From Candidatus Krumholzibacteriia bacterium (GTDB lineage: Bacteria; Krumholzibacteriota; Krumholzibacteriia; G020349025): 64,000 bases of DNA. The stretch lies in NCBI GenBank assembly GCA_035649275.1, contig DASRJW010000101.1:39473-103472 (forward strand), written 5' to 3'. The notes beneath the pieces are model-generated. The model saw only the letters and a program-made list of their open reading frames with translations. It had not been told where the DNA came from and ran no database searches. Positions 19,138-28,373 of the stretch are shown here, one piece after another. Numbering within the stretch: the stretch's first letter is position 1; each line of letters starts with the position of its first letter. The position numbers and the translations under genes were made by a program.

Positions 19138-20511
19138 TCAGCGCGAGGCGCGGGGGCGGCGGGAGCGGCCGGGGCGGGAGCTGCCCCCGGAGCGTGGAGA
19201 GCGCGGGGGCCTGGCGTTCTTGGCTCGCGACCGAGGGCGCGATGCCGCCCGGGTCCTTCGGGCGTGGATGCCGCGGGCAGGGCCACGGCTTGGGCTCGGG
19301 ACGCGCGTGGCCCCCGGCCTGGGAGCCTGTGCGCCGGCTCGGGGCGACGCCTGCGCCGGCAGCGTGGTGCCGGCGGCGGCCGATGGTGCAGCGCCCTTCG
19401 TGGCGGGCGCGAAGGGGGCCGCAGGTGGAAGCGACGAGGCCACTGCGCCGGCAGCCGGTTCCCTCTTGGCAGCCGGCCGGGGCAAGAGGACGAGGGCTCG
19501 CTTTCCGGGCCGGAGCGCCAGCACCAAGGACACCGGCGAGGGGGGATCCAGCGGCAGCTCGGTGGTGTCGGTGAAACCAGCGCGCTGCAGCCAGCGGGAG
19601 ATCTCGTCGAAGCTGTAGGTACGGCCGTCGGTGGTGAGCAGCATCTCCAAAGCGAAGAGCGCGCCGTTCTGCGGCTCCGTGTGATCCCCGCTCATGACGT
19701 GATCCTTCACCATCACCAGCGCCCCCGGCGACAGCACCTCGTACACGTTGCGGAGCAGCTGCAGATTGGTCGCCTCCGTCTCCGCATGGAGGATATTGGA
19801 CAGCAAGGCCACGTCGTAGGGGCCGCCGGGAATCTTTTCGCTCCGGTAGTCCGCTGCCTGCACCTGCACCCGACCGGTGAGATCGAACTCCCGTAGGATG
19901 CGCCGGGTGATCTCGAGGGTGGCCGGCAGGTCCACCACCGTGGCTTCGAGCTGCGGGTTGGCGCGGCAGAACAAGGCGGCATACGTCCCCGGACCGCCGC
20001 CGAGGTCGAGAAGGGTGCGACAGCGCACGAGCGAGATGACGCGGGCGAGCCAGCGCGCGTCACCACGGGCCAGGGCCAGCTCGTGCATGCCGCGGATGAA
20101 ATCCTCCAGCTCGGCATTCGCTTTGTCGATCGGCACGGGCTTGCAGACCGGCTTGCCCGTTTGCAGCGCCTCCATGAGCCGGCCCCAAGCGCTCCAACTC
20201 CGGGCCTGGTGTCGTATCAGGTGGCCCATGTACTTGGGGCCGGAGCGGGAGAGGTAGGTGTGGCTCACCGGAGTATCGAAGAAGCGCTCCGACTCCTTGC
20301 GCAAAAATCCGAGAGAGGTGAGGGCGTTGAGCAGGAGCTCCAAGGCCTCGGGCTGCACGTCCAGGTGGCTCGAAAGCTGGGCCGCCGTCTTGCCCTCGTT
20401 GGCGAGGGAGGTGAAAAGGTCGAGGTCGACCGCCATGTGCAGGACCCGCGAGGCGGTAAAACCGTTGACGACCTGGCTCACTCTGAGGTAAGGCTCCGCC
20501 GCGCGGTTCAT
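19138..20511 (-). CDS. class I SAM-dependent O-methyltransferase with ~120-aa basic Pro/Ala/Arg/Ser-rich C-terminal tail
   Basis: dimerisation domain then LLDLGGGPGTYAALF SAM motif I, COMT/hydroxyneurosporene-MT-like; tail ...RSPRSGGSSRPGRSRRPRASR. Confidence 0.8.
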   Translation of the reverse strand: MNRAAEPYLRVSQVVNGFTASRVLHMAVDLDLFTSLANEGKTAAQLSSHLDVQPEALELLLNALTSLGFLRKESERFFDTPVSHTYLSRSGPKYMGHLIRHQARSWSAWGRLMEALQTGKPVCKPVPIDKANAELEDFIRGMHELALARGDARWLARVISLVRCRTLLDLGGGPGTYAALFCRANPQLEATVVDLPATLEITRRILREFDLTGRVQVQAADYRSEKIPGGPYDVALLSNILHAETEATNLQLLRNVYEVLSPGALVMVKDHVMSGDHTEPQNGALFALEMLLTTDGRTYSFDEISRWLQRAGFTDTTELPLDPPSPVSLVLALRPGKRALVLLPRPAAKREPAAGAVASSLPPAAPFAPATKGAAPSAAAGTTLPAQASPRAGAQAPRPGATRVPSPSRGPARGIHARRTRAASRPRSRAKNARPPRSPRSGGSSRPGRSRRPRASR

Positions 20512-20819
20512 GCCCTCCTCCTGGGTCTAGCTTCCGCAGTGACTGTGGGTTGGGCGGACAGGGCGGTGTCAGGAAGGATGCTAGCATCCAGGGTCCTCCC
20601 GGGCAAGGCGACCAGCCCGAGCCCCGGCAACGCTGCCCAGCCAGATGGCAACCATCTTGCGTTCTCGCGCTGCACAGCCACGAAGCGGTCCCAGGGGGAG
20701 CCAGGGATTCTTCGGCAAAATATTGATTCTGTTTCGATTGCAATGATCTGAGTGCACCCGTCGGGCGGCGCGAGCGAGCGGCCCGGTGTGCAGATTCGAG
20801 TGGCGGGAGGGCCAAGCGC

Positions 20820-21572
20820 ATGCGGGTGGAGCGGGTGGTGCGATTCGCGGGCCTCGTCCTCGTCCTCCTCTTCCCTCTCTTGAGCGTTCTCCAACTGCGC
20901 GACACCGATCGGCCCTGGCGGGAGACGGCGCGGCGGGCGCGACCCTCGGTCCTGGGCCTGCTGCGACCCGTGGAAGCCGGCTTCCAGTTCGCCCATTGCG
21001 GCGTGGTCATCCAAGTCGACCCGGCCCGGCTCGTCGTCCCCGGACCCGTCTCCTCCCCGTTGCTCAGTCGGCACGGCACGGCGCTTCTCGAGTGGCGGCC
21101 TCTGTTCACCGACGTGCACGGCGAGTTCACCGTCTTCGAGGTGGCCCCGGACTCCGCTCGGGCCGCCGCCGCCCTGGCCGCCACCGCCGCCCTCGTCCCG
21201 GCAAAGCTCGTCTTCGACCCGAGCGGCAACCTCACCGAGGACGTGGAAGCAGCTCTGGTGGCGCCGAAGGAAATGGCGGAGGAACCTCTCTGGGTCGGCG
21301 TTCTCTCTGTCGGACCCGGGAAGTCAGGACGACTCGGTTACTATTCCAGCTTCCTCACCCCGATCAGCAGCACGCAGCAGTGGCCAGCGAGCACTGCCTT
21401 CGCCGCCGGCGAGCCGGAAATCGACCCGAAGCTGCTGGGTGCCCCGTTCGTCGACGCGGAAGGCACCGTGGTCGCCATTTTTCTCGATCGCGGCGCCCAC
21501 GGCGTGCACGCTCTGCCCCTCGAGATCGTGGCGCAAGCGTTGGCGCTGCTGCAGTTGCAAGCCGCCCAGTAG
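20820..21572 (+). CDS. hypothetical exported/membrane-anchored protein
   Basis: hydrophobic N-terminus VVRFAGLVLVLLFPLLSVL; competing out-of-frame ORF 20786..21847 is Arg-rich and rejected. Confidence 0.4.
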   Translation: MRVERVVRFAGLVLVLLFPLLSVLQLRDTDRPWRETARRARPSVLGLLRPVEAGFQFAHCGVVIQVDPARLVVPGPVSSPLLSRHGTALLEWRPLFTDVHGEFTVFEVAPDSARAAAALAATAALVPAKLVFDPSGNLTEDVEAALVAPKEMAEEPLWVGVLSVGPGKSGRLGYYSSFLTPISSTQQWPASTAFAAGEPEIDPKLLGAPFVDAEGTVVAIFLDRGAHGVHALPLEIVAQALALLQLQAAQ

Positions 21573-21612
21573 AGAACTCGCGACCTCGAGGCGCCGCGGC
21601 TAGAATGCGTGC

Positions 21613-24600
21613 ATGCCGACGCGTGCACCGCGCCGTTGCTTTCGCGAGGCGCCGTTCCATCCCGATCTGCAGGCGGGACTCCTGCGTGACCTCGACACGG
21701 CCCGGCAGACGGCGCCGCTCACCCCGCTCCGCGTCCTCGTGCCGCAGCCCCGCCTCGGCCCGCATCTGGCGCAGGCCGCAGCAGCCGCTGGTCTCGGCCC
21801 CTTGCCGCTGCAGTTTTTCTCTTGGCCCGAGCTGGCAGCGACGCTGACTGCAGCGGCGCGCTGGGGTGAAGAGCGCCAGCGCCTGGCGCCGGCGGGTGCG
21901 GCGGCGCTGGCGCGGTGGGTCCTGGGACGGGAGAAGCGACCCCCTGGTTTCTTCGCGCAGGCTCTCGACCAGCGCGGCTTCCGCGCCGCCATGCTGCGCT
22001 GCTTCGATGGCTTAGCCGCCGCCGGTTTGGTGCGAGCCCGCACCCTGGAACGCTTCCTCCTCCAGCACGGCGCCGATCTCGGGCCGCGGCTGCGCCACGT
22101 CTTCGAGCTCGCCATCGGCCAGCGCCGCTCGTTCGAGTCCCATTTCGATGACGATGCGGCCCTGCTGGAGCGGGCGGCTGGTCTGGAACCGCCGCACCTG
22201 TCGCTCGGTGGGAGACTGTGGATCTACGGCTTCGAGGCCCTGAACGTGCTCGAGCGCCGGCTCCTCCTGACCTTGGCGCGGGACGAAGAGGTCGACTTGG
22301 AGATCTACTGCCCGCGTGGGGCGGCGACTCGACTGGTGGACTGGCTGCAAGAGGAAGGCTTCCAACCAGTTCCCGTACCGGCCGCTCCTCCTGCTGCGGC
22401 CGTCGAGATGCAGATTCTTTCGGCCCCTGGCGAGGAGGCGGAGGCAAGGGAGGTCGCCCGGCGGCTCCTGCGCGCCGCCGATCGAGAGGTGCCTTTCGAC
22501 CGCATGGCGGTGGTGACACGCACGGCCGCGGCGCTGCCTCTCTTGGCGGAAACGCTGGAGCGGACCGGCGTGCCCATCACCGCACCCACGCTCTTCGCCC
22601 TCGCCTCGCGGCGTTCCGGCCGCGCCCTCTCGCGTCTCCTCGATCTCGCCGACGGCGAGTTCGCCACCACCCCGGTGCTGGAGTTCCTCCTCCTCGTTCC
22701 GGCGCGCTGGCAGGAGTGGGCCGGCATCGCCGCGGACCCGGTGCCCTCGGCGTGGGAACGGGTGGCGCGACGCGCCGGGCTCGGCGTCGGCATCGAAGCC
22801 TGGCGCCGGCAGCTCAGGCGGGAGCGACAGGCGCTCCTGGACAGCCGGCCGCCGGAGGCGGAGGCACCCTCCCGTACGGCGCTCGCCGCAGCGGCGGCTT
22901 GCGCCGAGCTGGCGCAGGTCGCAGAAGCCCTCGTAGCGGAGCTGCGCCGTTTCCCGGCTCGGGCGCGCTGGAGCGAGTTCGCCGCCCTCACGGCGGAGTG
23001 CGTGGAGCGCGTCTTTGTCGACACGGAAGAAACGCGGGCCCTGCGCGCCGCACTCGCCGCACTCGCCGCTTTGGACGCGCTGCCGGCGCCGCGGCCGTCG
23101 CGCTCCGACTTTCGCGAAGCGCTGCGCCACCTGCTGGGGGAAGCGCGGGTGCCGGCGCCGGCGTCGCGACCGGGCGGCGTCACTCTCGGCACCGCGGAGG
23201 AGCTCTACGGTCTGGATTTCGACGTGCTCTGCCTCGCCGGTCTGCAAGAAGGCGAGTGGCCCGGGCCGGTCGCCGAGGATCCCGTTCTTCCCGACCGGGA
23301 TCGCGCCGTCGTCGGCGACAAGAGCGGCCTGCCCGGTGCGCTGCCGCTGCGTGCCGACCAGCTCGAGCGGCAGCGCTGGCTCTTCCAGGCTGCGAGCGCC
23401 GGCGCCCGCCGCCAGCTGGTGCTCGGCTACGCCCGCCTCGACCCGGCGACGGGGGCGGCGCGGTTGCCCTCCGAGTTGCTCCTCGAGCTGGCGGAAGGGC
23501 GCGAAGGTCGCCGCCTCGATTACGAAGACTTCGCCCGACTTTCCTGGTGCGAGCGCGTGCCGCTGCGCCGTCGCGAGACGCCGTCGGCCGGACCCATCCT
23601 CTCGCTGGAGGAATTCGACGACATCGCCGTGGCGGCGCTGCCGCCGCCGGCAGCGCGGCGCTACGTCCGCCTGCTGGGCCCCGGGCCGGCGCGCGGCCTC
23701 GCCCTCGCCGCTTCCCGGCAGGTGCGCCGGCGCTTCACCGCTTTCGACGGTCTCCTCGCCGACGCAGCCCTGCGGAGCGAGCTCGCAGGTCGGGTGCGCT
23801 CGCAGCCTTTCTCCGCCTCGCAGCTGGCGCTGTACTCCACCTGCCCGTTCAAGTTCTTCCTCCGCCAGCAGCTGCGGTTGGAACCGCTGGAGCGTGAGGA
23901 GCGTCGCGAACCCTCCGCGCTGGAGGTGGGCATCCTAGTCCATCGAATCTTGGAAGCCTTCCATCGTGGTCTCGAGTCGGACGATGTCGATTTCGAAGCG
24001 GCCAGCTTCGCGACCCTGCGCGAGCGCTTGCTGCAAGCGGCGAGCACCTGCTTCGCCGCCCGCGAGGAGACAGGAGCGCAGCGGGCGACGCTGCTCTGGG
24101 ACATTCGCAAGCAACAGCTCCGCGACGATCTGGTGCGCTTCCTGCGCCAGGAGCGGCAGCGGGCGGCGGAAGATCCGGGCTGGGTGCCTTGGCGTTTCGA
24201 ATTCGCCTTCGGCCCCGAGGGGCCGGTGTCGCCGGCGGTGCAGCGCGGCGCCGATGCCTTGCGCTTGCGCGGCAAGATCGACCGCATCGACCGGCACCTG
24301 CGCCACCCGGGCCTGCGCGTGGTGGACTACAAGAGCGGCCGGGCCCGCGCCGGAAAACGCGAACCCGGGGCGGTGCAGCTGGTGCTCTACCTGCTCGCCG
24401 CCAGCCGCGGCGACACGGCTTGCCTGGAGCACAGCGAGGGCCGCTTCGTCCACGTGACCCGCCGCGGTGGCTTCGAGGTGCAACGCCTGGCTGGCACGCG
24501 GGTGCTGGCGCGGCGAGCGGACTTCGACACCCTGGTGCGGGAGGTGGCGGCCGGGATCGAGGCAGGAGAATTCTTCCCGCAGCCGGGGGAGAACGGGGTG

Positions 24601-24759
24601 CATTGCCGCGCCTGCGACTATCGCGGTCTGTGCGACGCCCGCATCCAGCGCCTGGTGCAGCGCAAGTCGGCGAGCCGGCAGGACGCACGCTGGCAAGCGT
24701 TGCCCGACTTCGGCCTGGAGCTGCAGACGCTCGGGAAGGGAACGGAGGACGATGACTGA
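21613..24759 (+). CDS. addB: AddB-like PD-(D/E)XK nuclease subunit of helicase-nuclease complex
   Basis: C-terminal RecB-family nuclease motif VVDYKSGRA plus CxxCx5C Fe-S staple (CRACDYRGLC); stop overlaps start of following UvrD-type gene by 8 nt (ATGACTGA). Confidence 0.7.
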   Translation: MPTRAPRRCFREAPFHPDLQAGLLRDLDTARQTAPLTPLRVLVPQPRLGPHLAQAAAAAGLGPLPLQFFSWPELAATLTAAARWGEERQRLAPAGAAALARWVLGREKRPPGFFAQALDQRGFRAAMLRCFDGLAAAGLVRARTLERFLLQHGADLGPRLRHVFELAIGQRRSFESHFDDDAALLERAAGLEPPHLSLGGRLWIYGFEALNVLERRLLLTLARDEEVDLEIYCPRGAATRLVDWLQEEGFQPVPVPAAPPAAAVEMQILSAPGEEAEAREVARRLLRAADREVPFDRMAVVTRTAAALPLLAETLERTGVPITAPTLFALASRRSGRALSRLLDLADGEFATTPVLEFLLLVPARWQEWAGIAADPVPSAWERVARRAGLGVGIEAWRRQLRRERQALLDSRPPEAEAPSRTALAAAAACAELAQVAEALVAELRRFPARARWSEFAALTAECVERVFVDTEETRALRAALAALAALDALPAPRPSRSDFREALRHLLGEARVPAPASRPGGVTLGTAEELYGLDFDVLCLAGLQEGEWPGPVAEDPVLPDRDRAVVGDKSGLPGALPLRADQLERQRWLFQAASAGARRQLVLGYARLDPATGAARLPSELLLELAEGREGRRLDYEDFARLSWCERVPLRRRETPSAGPILSLEEFDDIAVAALPPPAARRYVRLLGPGPARGLALAASRQVRRRFTAFDGLLADAALRSELAGRVRSQPFSASQLALYSTCPFKFFLRQQLRLEPLEREERREPSALEVGILVHRILEAFHRGLESDDVDFEAASFATLRERLLQAASTCFAAREETGAQRATLLWDIRKQQLRDDLVRFLRQERQRAAEDPGWVPWRFEFAFGPEGPVSPAVQRGADALRLRGKIDRIDRHLRHPGLRVVDYKSGRARAGKREPGAVQLVLYLLAASRGDTACLEHSEGRFVHVTRRGGFEVQRLAGTRVLARRADFDTLVREVAAGIEAGEFFPQPGENGVHCRACDYRGLCDARIQRLVQRKSASRQDARWQALPDFGLELQTLGKGTEDDD

Positions 24760-27700
24760 CACGCTCCTTCCCGAAGACTGGAAGCCCGCCGATCAGGCGG
24801 TGCGCACCCGCATCGTGGAGAGCCTCGATCGGCCGCTCGTGGTGGAGGCGGGAGCGGGTACGGGCAAGACCACACTCCTGGTGGCGCGGCTGCTGCACGC
24901 GCTGGAGAGCGGCGTCGCCGACATGGCCGGCATCGTGGCGATCAGCTTCACCGAGAAAGCGGCGGGGGAGCTGCGGCTGCGCTTGCGTCAGGCGTTGGAG
25001 ACGCGCGTGCCCGCTGCGCCGGCGGCGGCGCAGGCGCGCCTGCGCCGAGCCCTCGGTGAACTGCATCGGGCGCAGATCTCCACCATCCACGCATTCGCCT
25101 CGAGCCTGCTGCGTGAGCGTCCGGCGGAAGCGCGACTGGATCCGCAGTTCCGCGTCCTCGACGAGCTGGAGGCGCTGCAGCTGCAGCGCGATTTCTGGCG
25201 TCGCTGGGTGGACCGCGAGCTGGAGGATCCGCGCGGCGCCGAGCTGCTGCGCGCCGCGCTGCAGACCGGCGTGCGCCTCGACCCGGATCTCGAAGGCGTG
25301 GTGCGCGCTCTCTACGACAATCGCGATCTCGCCGAGGTGGTGCGCTTGCCGCCGGAGACCGAGGCCCTGGAAACGCGTCTGCAAGCCTTGCGACAGGAAG
25401 TGCGCGACAGCTGGCAACACGCCCAGGACCACTGCCGCGATCGGAACGACCGGGGCCGGTTGCATCTCGAACAGCTGGCACAGCGTTTCGAGGCGCTCGA
25501 AGACCTCGATCACGAGGCGTGGCCCGCGTTCTTCCTGCAAGGAACGAGCGTCAAGCCCGGGCTCGGTCGGCGCGAGTCCTGGATTCCTGGTGGCCTGGAG
25601 ACGAGCAAGGCGCTGCGGCAAGCGCTGCAAGCACGGCTCGAGGCGCTGCAGCAAGATCTGGCGGGACGAGTGCTGCGGCGCTCGCTGCTCTGGGCGCGAC
25701 GCTTCCTGGCGGCGTACGCCGAGGAGAAGCGCCGGCTCGGAGTGCTGGACTTCCAGGACTTGCTGCTCGAAGCGCGGGCCTTGCTGCGTGACGACCTGGC
25801 AGTGCGCCGTGATCTCGGCCGGCGCGTGCGGATGCTCTGCGTCGACGAGTTCCAGGATACGGATCCGTTGCAAGCCGAGCTCGTGCTCTACCTCGCCGAA
25901 ACAGGCCCCGCGGCGTTGTCCTGGCAGGATGTGCAGGTAGGGGCCCAGCTCTTCCTGGTGGGCGACCCGAAGCAATCCATCTATCGCTTCCGCCGCGCTG
26001 ATCTCGACGTCTACGAACAATGCTGCGCCATCGTGCGGCGCTCCGGCGGCGAGGTCCTCGACGTGGTGCAGAACTTCCGCAGCCGGCCGGCGATCCTGCA
26101 CTGGGTGAACGGCGTCTTCGCTTCCCTCTTCGGCGCCGGTGCGGCGCATCCACCGCAGCCGCGGCACGTCCCTCTGGTGCCCTTGCCCGCCGCCACCACC
26201 GGCGGGCCGGCGGTGTGGATCGTCCCTCCCGCGGCCGGGAGCGCCGAGAATGCCGATACCGCCCGGCGCGCCGAGGCGTTGGCCCTCGTCGCCTTCGTGC
26301 AACGGGCCCTGGACGAAGCCTGGCCGGTGCGCCAGGCGAGCGGTGCACGGGCACTGCAGCCCGGCGACGTGGCCTTCCTTTTCGCCCGCACCTCCGGCAT
26401 CGAACACTACGAGGATGCTCTGCGCGCCGCCGGTCTGCCCTTCCGCCAGGAAGGGGGCAAGCTCTTCTTCCAGCGCCAGGAAGTGCGCGACGTGCTCCAT
26501 GCTCTCGCCGCGATCGACGACCCCGGCGACGAACTGGCGCTGGCGGCGGCGTTGCGCTCACCGCTTTTCGGCGCCAGCGATGCGGCGCTCTGGCAGCATC
26601 GCCAGCGCTGTGGCCGCTTCGACTACTTGGCGCCGGCGCCGGAATCGCCGCTCCATGCAGCCCTCGAGACCTTCGCGGTGCTGCACGCCGAACGTCATGG
26701 CCGCGGCGTCGGCGGTGTCACCGCGCGCTTGCTCGAATGCACCGCGGCCCGGGCGGTGTACGGGGCGCAGCCCTAGGGCGACCGTGCCCTCGCCAACTTC
26801 GACACCTTGCTCCGGCGAGCCCGCGGCTTCGAGAACAGTCGCCCCGCCGGTTTGCGCGAATTCGTCAACGCCCTGCGCGATCTCGACGAGGAAGCGCCGC
26901 GCCTGGCGGAGTGGACGCCGGAGGAGGAGAACCCGGAGCAGGTGCGCCTGCTCACGGTGCATATGGCGAAGGGACTCGAGTTCCCCTGCGTCGTCCTCGC
27001 CAACCTCGCGGCGCGCGGCAATCCACAGCACGAGGCCATCGTCTACGACCGCGCCGAGGGCACGGCGGAGATGCGGTTGCAAGCCACAGATCTCGGTGCG
27101 GCGCTGCAGGCACCGGGCTGGGCCCCGCTCGCCACGCGGGAGCGCGAGCGCGAGCGCGCCGAGGAGAAGCGCTTGCTCTACGTCGCGGCAACGCGGGCGC
27201 GGGACTACTTGGCGGTGGGCGCCTTCGCCGGCCGGCGCGCCGAAGGCTTGTTGAAGGCGCTGCAGGAGGTCCCGGGAGCGCTGGGGGATGGCCCCCTCGG
27301 CGAGCTGCCAGCGCCGGTGCCGGCCGGGGCCACGACCCCCATGCAAGCGGCATGGTGCATCGTCCAGGCAGGAGAGCTGCGCCCCCCGGTGCGGAGTGCG
27401 CCCTCGCCGCGCCCGGCGGCCGAGGTGGAGGTGCTGCGCGAGACACGCCAAGCCTGGTCTGTGGCGCACGCGGCACTCTTGCGTCGCGGCAGCGAGCCTC
27501 GCGTCCGCCGCTGCACCGAGCCGGAGTGGGGGACGGCCCGGGGACTCGAAGCCTTGCTGCACGAAGTGCTGCGGCAGGTGCCTCTCGACGCCTCGGCCCC
27601 CATCCTCGGCGCCTGTGCCCGCGAGGTCGCAGCGCGACTCGGCGCCACGAGCCACATCGATGCAGCTCTCGCTCTCTTGCTGCCGTCTCTCGCTCTGCCG

Positions 27701-28021
27701 ATCCACGCGCGGGCCCAGGCGGCGTCACAGCTCTGGCGCGGCACCCGACTGTTGCACGCCTCCGGCGCCGCCCTTCTCGAGGTGTGTCTCGATCTGGTCT
27801 TCCTGGAGGACCAAGGTGCGGTGCTGGTGGACTACGCCCTCCAGCTGGCGGACGACGCCCAGGCGGCAGGCGAGGCGCTGGCGCGCCGCGCTTTCGTCCT
27901 GACGCGAACCGGTGTCCCGGTGGGTGAAGCGGGGACGCTTTTCTTGTCGGCCGGAGTTTATGAGCCGCTGGCAGATCTGGGGGCGCGACTGGAAGCGGTG
28001 GGGCGGGAATTCGGCGCCTGA
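24752..28021 (+). pseudogene. addA: AddA-like UvrD/PcrA-family helicase-nuclease, reading frame interrupted by in-frame TAG at 26774..26776
   Basis: Walker A GAGTGKTT at N-term; helicase motif VI TVHMAKGLEFPCVVL and LLYVAATRARDYL lie downstream of the TAG in the same frame (ORFs 24467..26776 and 26807..28021 both frame 2). Confidence 0.7.
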
Positions 28022-28040
28022 CGGTTTCTCCACCACACCT

Positions 28041-28113
28041 GGTGGAAATCAGAGCAGGGGAGACCGGTGGAAATCGGAGGTGGGGAGACGGGTGGGAATC
28101 GGAGCAGGGAGAA
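28041..28113. repeat. tandem direct repeat, ~25-bp unit x3 (GGTGGRAATCRGAGSWGGGGAGAC)
   Basis: units begin at 28041, 28066, 28091; non-coding, immediately after AddA-like stop. Confidence 0.6.
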
Positions 28114-28328
28114 TCGGTGCGTTCAGAGGCAGAAAGCGCCGGGCGTGGGGCAGAATGGAAAGGGCGGGAGATCGCGGCGGTTCTCGGTCGCATCCATCGA
28201 CCCATCCCCGCACCACACGTGACGCACTTCGCCGAGGACCTCGCCTCTCCCGCCCATTTCCAGAGGGTCGTCTCGTCTCGCAATCTGCAAGATCGGGACC
28301 AGACGTCGGGACCCTGGGGCGGGGCGCC

Positions 28329-28362
28329 CAGGCGTCCGGCCCCAGGCGGGACCGGACGCCCT
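28329..28362 (-). terminator. imperfect GC hairpin downstream of OmpA/TSP3 gene
   Basis: CAGGCGTCCGG...CCGGACGCC(C)TG inverted repeat 12-45 nt past TAG stop at 28374. Confidence 0.3.
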
Positions 28363-28373
28363 GACGCAACCTC

